From Longimicrobiales bacterium (GTDB taxonomy: Bacteria; Gemmatimonadota; Gemmatimonadetes; Longimicrobiales; Gaopeijiaceae): DNA of 64,000 nt. Every line of letters starts with the position of its first letter. Positions within the stretch are counted from its first letter, which is position 1. The position numbers were made by a program, and so were the translations under genes. A model generated the notes under the pieces. The model worked only from the letters and a program-made list of their open reading frames with translations, had not been told where the DNA came from and did no database searches. The stretch spans positions 1,968,302 to 2,032,301 of the forward strand of contig OY730414.1 of assembly GCA_963422615.1 (NCBI GenBank), given 5' to 3'. Below are positions 8,856 through 19,298 of this stretch, piece by piece.

Positions 8856-10081
8856 GGAATACCTCGACCTGTGGCCACGATGCGGACCGGGCTCCGGGGC
8901 GGCCTTCCCACCGTCACCTCTGTGCCGGGCCGCCCCTCCAGCTCCATGGGCACAATCCGAGCTCCCGGGGGAATCGCCGGCGCTCCGGCCGCCCACGTTG
9001 CGAAGGCATCCCGGCTGGCCTGGTCGTCCCAAAGGATAACCCAGCGAAGGGTCCAAGCGTCGTCCGTCCGGTAGAGTCCGTACTGGTCTCCGGCCCACCC
9101 CTTCGAGAATGCGCGGCTGGCCGGGTCCCCGCCCCACGCTTCCAACAACACCCCCATCTCCAGATAGCCCAGGTTGTCCTGGAAGACCGGGGCCCTTCGC
9201 TCGAAGGCCAGGCGAACCGGGAGGTCCGCCGGAAAAGAAAGCAGTCGGCTTGGATCGAACACCTGTTCCGTCGAGACGGGAAGGTGAGGACCCAGGGGCG
9301 AAGATCGGATCTCGGTCTCCCGCCAAACGTCGACCACGAACTGAGCGCCCTTCAGATAGGGGTAGAGAAGGGCCTCCCGCACCACCGTTGGCGCTTCGGC
9401 GAGGCGGGGGTAGCGGGACGCAACCTCCGCCAGGGCGACCTCCGCCAGGGCGTCGAAGTTCGGCAGCTCTTCAAGCTTCACGTCCCTTCCTCTGGCCCGG
9501 CTCATTGCCCATTCCGTGGCCACCACGGTGGCGTGACCCTCAATCGCCGCCATCGCCGCCGAGCGGGCATCGTTCCCCCGTTCGGGAGCCGTCAGGGAAT
9601 CGAGGCTCCGGTGCTGGTCCTGGAGGGCATGTACCAACTCGTGGACCAAGACCGGCTCCAGCATTTCTTCCGGCTGATCGTCCACCAGGAACAGGGCCGT
9701 CGAATCGGGTTCATAGTATCCGGCAACCTGTTCCAGGTACACAGACAGGAGAAGGTCCCTCAGGTCCAGTCCCGGCTCCACCAATCCCAAGAGGGCGTAC
9801 GAGGCCACAATGTGCCGGGCCGTCGCCTCCGACACTTCTTCGTCCATCTTGGCCAAAAGGTAGCCCTGAAGGGCTTCGCGGCTCCTCCGCACGACCCGGA
9901 CGACCCGGCGAAGTTCCATCCCGGACCGCCGCTCCACTTGGGGCAGAAGGCGGACAGCCAAGGCTTCCAGCTCGGGCGCATCCCCTTGAATGAGGGCCGA
10001 TCCGGCTTGGCTTTGCGGCGCACACGTCGGCAAGAGGCACGCGCCGACCCCGAGAGCGCCGAACAATCGGTAGAAGCTCAT
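8852..10081 (-). CDS. Exported zinc-dependent metalloprotease (gluzincin-like), putative lipoprotein
   Basis: Signal peptide with Cys, AGYYEP, VLVHELVHALQDQH (HExxH) and a downstream IEGHA. Confidence 0.7.
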   Translation of the reverse strand: MSFYRLFGALGVGACLLPTCAPQSQAGSALIQGDAPELEALAVRLLPQVERRSGMELRRVVRVVRRSREALQGYLLAKMDEEVSEATARHIVASYALLGLVEPGLDLRDLLLSVYLEQVAGYYEPDSTALFLVDDQPEEMLEPVLVHELVHALQDQHRSLDSLTAPERGNDARSAAMAAIEGHATVVATEWAMSRARGRDVKLEELPNFDALAEVALAEVASRYPRLAEAPTVVREALLYPYLKGAQFVVDVWRETEIRSSPLGPHLPVSTEQVFDPSRLLSFPADLPVRLAFERRAPVFQDNLGYLEMGVLLEAWGGDPASRAFSKGWAGDQYGLYRTDDAWTLRWVILWDDQASRDAFATWAAGAPAIPPGARIVPMELEGRPGTEVTVGRPPRSPVRIVATGRGIP

Positions 10082-10426
10082 TCCTATGAACGCTCATCCC
10101 GGACGGGACTTCCGTCAAGCCGCCAAGACCCCACGCGGGTGCCTTCGCCGATCCCGACGGGACCGGTACGCTGAACTTACTTGCGCCCGTGCGGTCCTCT
10201 TCGGATCCAGCCCGGCCGGCGGCCTTCATCCGACCCGCCGGGACCGCTCCCGGGAAGGCATTGTCGTTGCTGAATGGTCACCTATGGGGCTGCTACAGGG
10301 CTACCGTGCCGGAGGCCCCAGCCTCCGATCGGCCTCCGATGCCAACGTTCCGGAACCCGGGACAGAAGACGATGGTAAATTGAAGCTTGTCAAGATGAGT
10401 CGGATGGGCCGAAGGTTGGGAGAAGC

Positions 10427-12661
10427 GTGACCCGAACACGAGGCGATGAAATGAGGGCGATGTTGAAATCGGTTCGAGGCAGACTTCGAGGGGTGTCGGT
10501 TCCCCCTGTCGTCTGGTTCGGGCTTCTCTTCTTGCTCGCGGTCGGTGGGGGGATGGCCGTGGGTGCCTGGCGGAACCTCTGCACCGACTGTCCCTCCATC
10601 GCCCAGATCTACACCTACGAAGCGAGCCAGACAAGCAAGATCTACGCGAGGGACTCCCGTCTGGTGGCGGAAATCGGGGTGGAGCGCCGAACGCTTGTTT
10701 CCCTCTCAAGTCTTCCGCCCCATGTCCCTCAGGCATTCATCGCCATTGAAGACAGACGCTTCTACGAGCACCAGGGCCTGGACTGGAGGGGCATTGCCCG
10801 GGCCGTGATCGGGGCCATCCGGACCCGTTCCCTGTCTGGCGGCGGCGGAAGCACCATTACCCAACAGCTCGCCCGCAACATGTGGACCGATCGTCTCGGC
10901 TTCGAGAAACGGATCCTCCGAAAGATGAAGGAATGGCAGGTCGCCCGGGCTCTGGAGCGCGCGTATACCAAAGACCAGATCCTCGAGGCATACATGAATC
11001 AAATCGGGTATGCTCATGGCTGGTATGGACTTCAGACGGCTTCACGAAACTACTTTGGGAAGAACGCAATCGACATGAATCCGGCGGAGGGAGCGCTTCT
11101 CGCGGCGATTGCGAACCTTCCGGAACGGTATACGCCCTTCAGGCACCCCGACGCCGCGGTACGCCGACGGAACCTGGTTCTCACGCAGATGGCTCTGCAG
11201 GGATACCTCACCGAAGCGGAAGCCGCCCGTTGGAAGGGGGAGCCTGTGCCCCTACAGCGGGCCCGGAGCGTGGAGGCCCCGGCTCCCTACTTCACGGAAT
11301 GGGTCCGGGGCATCCTGGACGATCGCTTCGGCAGAAAGCTCTATACGGCGGGCCTCAAGATCCATACGACCCTGGACCTGGACATGCAGGCGGCAGCGGT
11401 GGCGGCAATGGAGAATGGGTGGAACCGGATTGAAGCTCGGCCCGGATTTTCTCATCCCACTTATCAAGCGTTTGCAGACAGTGTGCAGGGCGTGGATCTG
11501 GAAGACATCCCGTACGTTCAGGGGATGTTCATTGCCGCCGACCCCTGGACTGGCCATGTCCGGGCCATGATCGGGGGACGCGACCACACCCATTCCAAGT
11601 TCAACCGGTCCACCCAGGCTTTGCGCCAAGCGGGATCGGCTTTCAAACCGTTTGTCTACGCCGCGGCCCTGGAGAGCGGAATCCCGGCGTCCGAGGTCGT
11701 CGTGGACGGGCCCGTCGTGCTGGACCAAGCAGACGGCTCGGTGTGGCGGCCTGCCAACTACCATCCGGAATTCAGAGGCCCGATCACGATTCGGGAAGGC
11801 CTGCGCCTGTCCATCAACATGATCGCCATAAAGCTCGGGCAGCGCGTCGGCTTCGAATCCGTCGCCCAGACGGCCCGCCGACTCGGAATCCGGACCCAAA
11901 TCGAGCGGTTCCCCTCCACCGCGATCGGCGCCGCCGAAGTGATCCCGATCCAGATGCTGGAGGCATATTCGACCTTTGCCACGTTGGGAATGCGGGTGCG
12001 CCCCTTCCCCATCGTGCGGGTGGAAAGCGCAGAGGGCGAAATCCTCTGGGAGCCCAGGCCCGACCCGACCCGGGTCCTGGACCCCTCCGTCGCCCGGATC
12101 TCGGTTTCTCTCCTTGAAGACGTCGTCGCGAACGGTACGGGCCACGCGGGCATCCGCGTCTCGGCAGAACTTCCGTACGACGTTCCCGCCGCCGGGAAGA
12201 CGGGAACCACGAACGAGGGAAGCAACGTCTGGTTCGTCGGCTTCACCCCCAACTTGGTGGCCGCTGTCTGGTTCGGCATGGACCTGCCGGTGTCCATCGT
12301 GAACTTGGCCACGGGGGGGGGACTTGCGGCTCCCGTTTGGGGCGAATTCATGAAGCAGGTGTACTACGGCCTCCCTCCCGAAGGGGAAGAGGGGAGCCGC
12401 AGCAGCCTCCCCGGGGACGAGAGGAAGAAGCGAGAAACAATCCCCCTGCTGCCCGTGCCCGATCCGTGGCCCGTCCCCCATGGACTTGTTTCTCTGCGCG
12501 TCGATGGTAAGACGGGTCTCGTCGCTTCCCGGTGGTGCCCGGCCGACGAAGCCTACGACGAACTCTACCTTCCCGGAACCGAGCCCACCCAGGCCTGCGA
12601 CCGACAGAGCCGGTCCGCGTTTCCGGGCCGGATTCCCGACCCACTGCCGAGGAACCCATGA
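10427..12661 (+). CDS. Class A penicillin-binding protein (PBP1A family)
   Basis: EDRRFYEH and GGSTITQQLARN (transglycosylase). SAFK, SIN and KTGT (transpeptidase). Start could be a few codons later. Confidence 0.95.
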   Translation: MTRTRGDEMRAMLKSVRGRLRGVSVPPVVWFGLLFLLAVGGGMAVGAWRNLCTDCPSIAQIYTYEASQTSKIYARDSRLVAEIGVERRTLVSLSSLPPHVPQAFIAIEDRRFYEHQGLDWRGIARAVIGAIRTRSLSGGGGSTITQQLARNMWTDRLGFEKRILRKMKEWQVARALERAYTKDQILEAYMNQIGYAHGWYGLQTASRNYFGKNAIDMNPAEGALLAAIANLPERYTPFRHPDAAVRRRNLVLTQMALQGYLTEAEAARWKGEPVPLQRARSVEAPAPYFTEWVRGILDDRFGRKLYTAGLKIHTTLDLDMQAAAVAAMENGWNRIEARPGFSHPTYQAFADSVQGVDLEDIPYVQGMFIAADPWTGHVRAMIGGRDHTHSKFNRSTQALRQAGSAFKPFVYAAALESGIPASEVVVDGPVVLDQADGSVWRPANYHPEFRGPITIREGLRLSINMIAIKLGQRVGFESVAQTARRLGIRTQIERFPSTAIGAAEVIPIQMLEAYSTFATLGMRVRPFPIVRVESAEGEILWEPRPDPTRVLDPSVARISVSLLEDVVANGTGHAGIRVSAELPYDVPAAGKTGTTNEGSNVWFVGFTPNLVAAVWFGMDLPVSIVNLATGGGLAAPVWGEFMKQVYYGLPPEGEEGSRSSLPGDERKKRETIPLLPVPDPWPVPHGLVSLRVDGKTGLVASRWCPADEAYDELYLPGTEPTQACDRQSRSAFPGRIPDPLPRNP

Positions 12662-12882
12662 CCACCGGACCCGCGACTCGCACCTTCATTTTTGAGACCA
12701 CCCACCACGCCATGTGGGCAGAAGACGTGGCGAAGGAACAGGCTATTTCTGCCGAAGTGGTTCCCGCCCCGCCTGAAGCGGGTGCCAAGTGCGGGGTCGC
12801 ACTGCGCACTCTGGCCGATCAAGCGGAGGCCCTGGCCCGAGCCCTGGGGCAGGAGGGGATCGCGTACCAGATCGTCGGTTGA
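12658..12882 (+). CDS. DUF3343-family small protein
   Basis: FETTHHAMWAE...VVPAP...CGVAL pattern. ATGA overlap with the PBP stop. Confidence 0.7.
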   Translation: MTTGPATRTFIFETTHHAMWAEDVAKEQAISAEVVPAPPEAGAKCGVALRTLADQAEALARALGQEGIAYQIVG

Positions 12883-12915
12883 CCTTGGGGGGACTTCCCC
12901 CGCGGGAGGCGTTGA

Positions 12916-14340
12916 TCACGGAGACGGTGGGGGCGTCTCCGGCGTAATCCTCTCCAAGATCAGGGGCATCGGTTCCGGTGGGTTCGAGTCGGTCAGGCCG
13001 ACGGCCCGGTTGACGGCGCGTACCCCCAGGGCCAAGCCTCCTTCGTCAGCCGCGTGGACCACGGCAAGGGGCTGACCCCTGGACACCCGGTCTCCCACCC
13101 CCACCTTCAGGTCGAACCCGCACCGGGGGTCGATCGCCTGGTCCTGCCTGGTCCTGCCTCCTTTGAGGGCGATGAGGCCATAGCCCAGCTCCCGGGGGTC
13201 CACCTCCGACACGAACCCCTCCCGGCCTGCGGGAGCAATCGTCGTACAGGGCGCTGGCGCGGGGCCATCCCCGCCCCTGAGGAAATCGGTGCTCCCGCCC
13301 TGAGCCGCTACGAGTCGCCCGAAACGCTCCAGGGCTCCCCCGCCCGCCAAGGCCTGACCCGCCCTCCGGCACCCCTCTTCGACATCCGAGACCACCCCCC
13401 CGACTACCGCCATTTCCGCGGTCAGCCGGAGGGACAGCTCCCGGAGGTCCGGTGGGCCGCCGCCGGACAAGCACGCCACCGCCTCCCGAACCTCCAAGCT
13501 GTTCCCGACGGTGTACCCCAGGGGCCGGTCCATGGCTGAAAGGACTGCCGTAACGCCGAGTCCCCGAGCCGCCGCGACCCGTACCATCGTCCGAGCCAGC
13601 GCTCTCGCCTGAGAAATGTCCGGCAGGAACGCCCCCCGCCCCGCCTTTACGTCCAAGACAAGGCCGTCGAGACCCTCCGCCAACTTCTTCGACAGGATCG
13701 ATGCGGTAATGAGGGGCAAGGATGCCACCGTTCCCGTGACGTCCCGGAGGGCGTAGAGTCGCCGATCCAAGGGAGCGATTTCGTCAGTCTGGCCGATCAT
13801 GGCGCATCCTGTGGCGCGAAGGACCTGACGGAAACGGCGCAGGGAAATCCGGGTCTGGAAGCCGGGAATGGACTCCATCTTGTCCAGGGTTCCCCCCGTG
13901 TGTCCGAGACTACGCCCGGACATCATGGGGACCACCAAACCAAGTTCGGCCGCGAGAGGCACCAGGACGAGGGAGACCTTATCCCCCACTCCACCCGTGG
14001 AATGCTTGTCAACCCAAGGATCCGAAGAGCCCGCAAAGCCGACGGGATCCGGGACTCCCCCACCCCGATCCGCCCCTCCGGCCCCCACCTCTGGCCGCGG
14101 TCCGCCGTCAACCCGGATCGCACGACCTCGATCCAGAACCTTGCCCGAGTGGAGCATTACCTCTACGAGAACATTCAGCTCTTCTTCGGAGAGGCCGTTG
14201 AAGTAGATCGCCATGAGAAAAGCGGCCATCTGGTGATCTCCCACCGCGCCGCCCATGTACGCGCGCAAGAATCCTTCCAGCGCGTCGGGCGGGAGCTCAT
14301 GCCCGTCTCTCTTTCGCGCGATGACCCGCTGTGGGATCAA
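12916..14340 (-). CDS. pdp: Thymidine/pyrimidine-nucleoside phosphorylase
   Basis: KRDG, DKHSTGGVGDK, SGRSLGHTGGTLDK, YALRDVT and SKKLAEG. Carries a Gly/Pro-rich insertion. Confidence 0.92.
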   Translation of the reverse strand: MIPQRVIARKRDGHELPPDALEGFLRAYMGGAVGDHQMAAFLMAIYFNGLSEEELNVLVEVMLHSGKVLDRGRAIRVDGGPRPEVGAGGADRGGGVPDPVGFAGSSDPWVDKHSTGGVGDKVSLVLVPLAAELGLVVPMMSGRSLGHTGGTLDKMESIPGFQTRISLRRFRQVLRATGCAMIGQTDEIAPLDRRLYALRDVTGTVASLPLITASILSKKLAEGLDGLVLDVKAGRGAFLPDISQARALARTMVRVAAARGLGVTAVLSAMDRPLGYTVGNSLEVREAVACLSGGGPPDLRELSLRLTAEMAVVGGVVSDVEEGCRRAGQALAGGGALERFGRLVAAQGGSTDFLRGGDGPAPAPCTTIAPAGREGFVSEVDPRELGYGLIALKGGRTRQDQAIDPRCGFDLKVGVGDRVSRGQPLAVVHAADEGGLALGVRAVNRAVGLTDSNPPEPMPLILERITPETPPPSP

Positions 14341-14380
14341 TGTGAACGCCTCCCCAAGGCTCAGACCCGGACAACCGGGG

Positions 14381-16480
14381 TCAGGTAACCGCGGCCGCCT
14401 TCTTGCCCGGTCCTTCTGGACGCGTCGGGGGCTCCCAGTCCTTCAATCCCTTTACGTACCGGTTGAGCCACCGAATCTCTTCCACCAACAACGTCCGCCG
14501 GTGCCGGGGCTCTCGGATCCCGTGACCTTCTCTGGGGAAGAGGACGAACCGGGCTTCCACGCCCAAGTGGCGCAAGCCCGCGAAGAAGTTCATGGACTGC
14601 TCCATCGTGTCGGTTCGGTCTTCCGCACCGTGGAAGAGGATCGTCGGGGTTCGGACTTTGTCCAAGTGGCTATACGCGGACCGTTCCGTCCAGAATTCTC
14701 GGTTCGACCAGGGGTCGCCTCCCAAGTACCAGCGCACCACATCGAAGTTGAACCCCGATCCGAACTCGCTCCGCCAATCGGCAACCATCGCCCCCAGGCT
14801 CGCCGCCTTGAATCTGTCCGTGCGGGTAATCGTCCACCCTCCGAGGATCCCCCCGTAGCTCCATCCCTTGACCGCCAGGGAATCCGGATGGGCAATCCCT
14901 TGGGCCAGGATCCGGTCAACCCCGCTCATCAGGTCTTCGTAGTCGCCTCCCCCAATGTCGTTCACGTTCCCGCGCAGAAACGCATCTCCGTACCCCGAGG
15001 AGCCTCGTACGTTGGGCTGGAGGACCGCGTACCCCTGGGCAACCAGGAGCTGGGCGTCGGCATCGAAGCCGCGGGTGAAGACGCCCGCGGGTCCCCCATG
15101 AATCTCAAGCACCGCGGCACCGGGTCCTCCCCGGTCCCGGGGGGCGTACAGGAGCCCTTCGATCTCGAGGCCGTCCGAGCTTTCCCAGCGAATGAGTTCG
15201 GGCTCCGCCAAGTCCTTTTGGGCGAGCCCGGGATTGGCTTCGGTCAGGCGGATCCGAGCGTCCGGCTGCTCCAGGTCGGCGAGCCAGAGATCGCCCGGAG
15301 CGGAGGGACTCGTATACTCGAACGCGACCGAGCCGTGGTAGGCGTCAAACGACACGCCCGCCACAATCCCCGGCTCGAAGGTCATTTGTTCCACTTCTCC
15401 GGACCGTACGGCGAGACGGAACAGGTTCGCATCGGTGCGCACCAGGGCGACGAAATCGATGGAACGCCCGCCGGGATTCCACTTGTATCCCCGAAGATCG
15501 CCTTCGAAGTCGGGAAGGAGCTGCCGGACCTCCCCGGAAGGGATGTCGTAGTGGTAGAGGTTCCCCTGGTCGAGCACCCATGCCTCCAAGTCGGGCGCCA
15601 CGAAGGTGATTGCCCTTCCGTCGGGCGACCAAGCCAACTGCGATTCAGGCGCGTCGTTTTCGGTGATCGCGACTTCTTCGCCGCTCCCAATCGACAACAG
15701 CACCACTTCGGCCAAGTGGGCCGCGTTCCGCCGGTTTTCGCTTCGGTGGACGTAGGCGAGGTGGTTCCCATCCGGAGAAGGGGCAAAATCGCTGATTCGA
15801 CGCCCCGCAGACGTAAGGCGGGTGGCCAACCGGGGTACGTCCCCAAGGTCAACCGAGACCCTCCAGACCCCGTTCCAGGAACCCCGGGTCTGTCCGTTGG
15901 ACCCTTCGTCCACGAATACCGCGTCGTCTCCATTCTTGCGTTCCTTCTTTGCGTCCGAAGGAAGGGAATCGTCGGCAAGAAAAAAGAGCGAAGCCCCGGC
16001 ATCCCCCCAGCGGTACCGCCCCACTGCGGTAGGATGCTTCGTCAGCTGAACGGCCTCTCCCCCATCCGCCGGCAGGACAAAGAGCTGCCGGACGGGATCC
16101 TCCTCCCCCGCCGGGCGGGTAAACGCTACCCACCGGCCGTCGGGCGACCACTCCGGGCTTCGGTCGTCGGCCGATCCGGTAAAGGGTCGAGGGCCCTCGC
16201 CGTCGGCGCCGACCACCCAAATCCTGCTATTTCGCTTGTTTTTCTCCCAGTCGAGATCGCTCTTGACGAAGAGAACCCGGGATCCGTCGGGGGCAAGCTT
16301 CGGTCCGGAAACCCGGACCAGATCGATCGCGTCGTCGAAGGTAAACGTGCCCTCGGGGGGCTCCTGGCCCCCGGATGGATGCGCCGTGGCGGCCCGACCC
16401 AGCAGCGGGTCCGCAACGCCCGCCAGCGAAAAGGAAACCAAACCGACCTGCAGGACGATGATTCGCTCCACGGTCTTCAA
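14381..16480 (-). CDS. S9 family peptidase (beta-propeller plus alpha/beta hydrolase), exported
   Basis: WSPDG repeats, IHGGP, GWSYGG nucleophile, catalytic Asp and EGHG. Confidence 0.92.
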   Translation of the reverse strand: MKTVERIIVLQVGLVSFSLAGVADPLLGRAATAHPSGGQEPPEGTFTFDDAIDLVRVSGPKLAPDGSRVLFVKSDLDWEKNKRNSRIWVVGADGEGPRPFTGSADDRSPEWSPDGRWVAFTRPAGEEDPVRQLFVLPADGGEAVQLTKHPTAVGRYRWGDAGASLFFLADDSLPSDAKKERKNGDDAVFVDEGSNGQTRGSWNGVWRVSVDLGDVPRLATRLTSAGRRISDFAPSPDGNHLAYVHRSENRRNAAHLAEVVLLSIGSGEEVAITENDAPESQLAWSPDGRAITFVAPDLEAWVLDQGNLYHYDIPSGEVRQLLPDFEGDLRGYKWNPGGRSIDFVALVRTDANLFRLAVRSGEVEQMTFEPGIVAGVSFDAYHGSVAFEYTSPSAPGDLWLADLEQPDARIRLTEANPGLAQKDLAEPELIRWESSDGLEIEGLLYAPRDRGGPGAAVLEIHGGPAGVFTRGFDADAQLLVAQGYAVLQPNVRGSSGYGDAFLRGNVNDIGGGDYEDLMSGVDRILAQGIAHPDSLAVKGWSYGGILGGWTITRTDRFKAASLGAMVADWRSEFGSGFNFDVVRWYLGGDPWSNREFWTERSAYSHLDKVRTPTILFHGAEDRTDTMEQSMNFFAGLRHLGVEARFVLFPREGHGIREPRHRRTLLVEEIRWLNRYVKGLKDWEPPTRPEGPGKKAAAVT

Positions 16481-16923
16481 GGGCACGCCACGCTCCGCGT
16501 TTGGTATTTGAACCGCGACCCGAAAGGACCCGCGAGATCCTGCTGACGAATGGGAATGATCAGTTCAAGGATCTCACCGGGGCTAACCGGAAGCGATTCG
16601 GTAAAGAAATCGGCCCCGGCAAGGAACTTCACCCTGAGCTGAATGGTCGGGAGAAACCATCGAACTCGGAAGGTCGCCTGTCCCTTTCCGGGAACAATCC
16701 CCAAGCGCCTCGAAGCCCCTGCCCGGGCCGTATATACGGTGACTTGGTTGAAGTTCCGATTGTCGATGATAATTTCGATTTCGTCTGACAAGGTTGAGCC
16801 GGGATCCATCGGGTGCATCCCCCCTCTCCGGGTCGCACACCCGGCCAGCGTCGCAAGAAGAACGATGGCGATGGGAAGCACGAGGCCCCAAAAGCGAAAC
16901 CGGCGTTCGGCGTTGTCTGCCAC
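16477..16923 (-). CDS. Hypothetical lipoprotein
   Basis: Hydrophobic signal with LAGC lipobox and a beta-rich domain (IIIDNRNFNQVTVY...RRLGIV). Stop overlaps the S9 TTG. Confidence 0.6.
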   Translation of the reverse strand: MADNAERRFRFWGLVLPIAIVLLATLAGCATRRGGMHPMDPGSTLSDEIEIIIDNRNFNQVTVYTARAGASRRLGIVPGKGQATFRVRWFLPTIQLRVKFLAGADFFTESLPVSPGEILELIIPIRQQDLAGPFGSRFKYQTRSVACP

Positions 16924-16951
16924 AGGTGGCTCCGGCAAGTGACGCGGGGGT

Positions 16952-18253
16952 TCAGCGGGCTTCAAGGGGCCGGTAGTCCCGGCGCCCCGGGCCCAGGAAG
17001 ACTTGACGCGGGCGAGCAATCTTCTGCTCCGGGTCCCGGATCATCTCCTCCCACTGGGCGAGCCACCCAACCGTCCGGGGAATGGCGAAGAGGACGGGAA
17101 ACAACTCGATCGGGAACCCCATCGCTTGATAGATCAACCCCGAGTAGAAATCCACGTTCGGGTACAGATTCCGCTGGACGAAATACGCTTCCCCAAGGGC
17201 GATCTTCTCCAGCTCCAGGGCGATGTCCAGAAGGGGGTTTCGGCCCGTGGCGGCGAAGACTTCCTCGGCGGTCCGCTTGATGATCGCCGCCCGGGGGTCG
17301 TAGGCCTTGTAGACGCGGTGGCCAAATCCCATTAGGCGCCGTTCTCCCCTGCGAACGCTGGCGATGAACGCGGGAATGTTGTCGGTCGTTCCGATCTCGG
17401 TGAGCATCCGCAGGACGGCCTCGTTGGCCCCCCCGTGAAGGGGACCGTAAAGGGCTGCCATTGCCCCGGCCATCGCGGAAAACGGGTCGACCCGGGAGCT
17501 GCCGATGACCCGCATGGCCGTCGTGGAGCAGTTCTGCTCATGATCGGCGTGAAGGATGAACAGCACATCCAGAGCCCGCTCCAGAACGGGATTCGGACGG
17601 TACTCCCGACCCCCGATCCGGAAAAGCATGTTCAGGAAGTTGGCCGTGTACGAGAGCTCATTCTCGGGATAGACGTAGGGGAGACCCCTGTGGTGACGGT
17701 AGGTAAAGGCCGCCAGGGTGGGCATCTTGGCCAACAGCCGGTTCATCTGGGCCCAGCGGTTGTCCCCATCCTCTACCTCCCTGGCCTCCGGGTAGAAGGT
17801 GGAAAGAGCAGCCACGGTAGAAATCATCATGCCCATGGCGTGGGCATTGTACCTGAACCCCTGCAGGATGGTCAGGACGTTCTCGTGAACGTAGGTGTGG
17901 TAGGCCACCTCGCGGACGAAATCCTCCAGTTCCGTCCGGCTGGGAAGCTCCCCCTTGAGGATCAGGTATGCGACTTCCAGGAAGGTGGACCGCTCCGCCA
18001 GCTGCTCAATGGGGTACCCCCGATACTCCAATACCCCCCGGCTGCCGTCGACATCGGTGATCCGGCTGGTCGTGAATGCCGTGTTGGTGAACCCGGGGTC
18101 GTAGGACATCATTCCGAAGTCGTCCTTGTGGACCCTGATTTCACGCAGGTCCATGGCGCGGATGACGTCGCCTTTGCGGATGTCCAGCTCGTAAACCTGC
18201 CCGGTACGGTTGTCCGTGACGGTCAGAGTGTTTTTCGAGTCGTGCTCGGGCAT
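16952..18253 (-). CDS. gltA: Citrate synthase
   Basis: HADHEQN, GPLHGGAN, GFGHRVYK and YPNVDFYSG. Confidence 0.97.
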   Translation of the reverse strand: MPEHDSKNTLTVTDNRTGQVYELDIRKGDVIRAMDLREIRVHKDDFGMMSYDPGFTNTAFTTSRITDVDGSRGVLEYRGYPIEQLAERSTFLEVAYLILKGELPSRTELEDFVREVAYHTYVHENVLTILQGFRYNAHAMGMMISTVAALSTFYPEAREVEDGDNRWAQMNRLLAKMPTLAAFTYRHHRGLPYVYPENELSYTANFLNMLFRIGGREYRPNPVLERALDVLFILHADHEQNCSTTAMRVIGSSRVDPFSAMAGAMAALYGPLHGGANEAVLRMLTEIGTTDNIPAFIASVRRGERRLMGFGHRVYKAYDPRAAIIKRTAEEVFAATGRNPLLDIALELEKIALGEAYFVQRNLYPNVDFYSGLIYQAMGFPIELFPVLFAIPRTVGWLAQWEEMIRDPEQKIARPRQVFLGPGRRDYRPLEAR

Positions 18254-18418
18254 CTGGTCTCCGGAGCTAGCCGGGTGCCGAAAGATGGGGCGGCGGAGGA
18301 GGCACTGGCGGTGAAGGAGGGCCTCAATTGTACCATGTTGAAGATCCGGCCAACAGGGAACCCCAAGGATTTTCGCGGAAAACGCGGGCCCCCGGCGCTC
18401 AAGGGGCCCCGGGGCGGA

Positions 18419-18913
18419 TCAGGGCTCGATTCTCTCGAACAAGCCGCGGTTCCCTGCCGCGTCGAAAGCGATCACATCGTAGGGCTGCGGATTTCGCCCT
18501 TCCATTCCGGGTGAGCCGATGGGCATGCCCGGCACGGCGAGGCCGGCAACGTCCGGCGCTTCGTTCAGAAGGGCTTGAATGACGCGAGCGGGTACGTGGC
18601 CCTCCACAACATAGTCCCCGATCCACGCCGTATGGCAGGAGGCAAGGTCTCCCGGGACGCCCGCACGGCGCTTGACCTCGTTCATGTCCGCCACGTCTTC
18701 CACCGTCACGGCGAAGCCCGCTGCTTCCAGATGGGTGACCCATTTCGCACAACAGCCGCAGGTGGGCGACTTGTAGACATGGGCCGAGGGCACGTCCTCG
18801 TCGGAGAACCGATTCTCCGGCGTGGCCTCCCCGGAAGGGCGAGTCCCCGCAAAGAGCCCCGCGGCAACCCCCCCTGCCAACAGGCCCGGTACGACCAGCT
18901 TTTTCGTGATCAT
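18419..18913 (-). CDS. DUF411 (CopG-like) exported metal-binding protein
   Basis: YKSPTCGCC, SCHTA, VEGHVP and VPGMPIGSPGM. Confidence 0.88.
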   Translation of the reverse strand: MITKKLVVPGLLAGGVAAGLFAGTRPSGEATPENRFSDEDVPSAHVYKSPTCGCCAKWVTHLEAAGFAVTVEDVADMNEVKRRAGVPGDLASCHTAWIGDYVVEGHVPARVIQALLNEAPDVAGLAVPGMPIGSPGMEGRNPQPYDVIAFDAAGNRGLFERIEP

Positions 18914-19012
18914 GGTCTCCCCTCTCCATCCAATTTCGTCCAAGTTCGTTCGGGATCGGCTTCGCTCCCAGCGATATCCCATCGCGTTCGGTCAGCATCC
19001 CGCATCGCTGAT

Positions 19013-19030
19013 GCAAAACTGTAGCAAAAC
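19013..19030. promoter_or_regulatory. GCAAAAC direct repeat (11-bp period) next to a TATATT -10-like box upstream of the DUF411 gene
   Basis: GCAAAAC at 19013-19019 and 19024-19030 in an A/T-rich patch. Regulatory role is inferred. Confidence 0.35.
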
Positions 19031-19298
19031 AGAAATATAGTCGGACACCCGAACGAACCGGAAGCGATGCGCCCGTTCGTCTTCCCCCGATGCCCAACCT
19101 GTCCCGGACGATTTCCCGGGTCACAGACCCCTCGGCCGTTACGGCCTCCTTGCGCACCCCGCCGGCCTTCGGCAGGATGACCGACGCGGAGTCGTTCCAG
19201 AAGTCGTTCCCGGGCTGGCTCTCCGGACCCCCAAGCGAAGCCCTGGCATGGTCCCGGCGCCAGCCCCGATGCCCCCAACTCCAGTCCAAGCCCATTCC

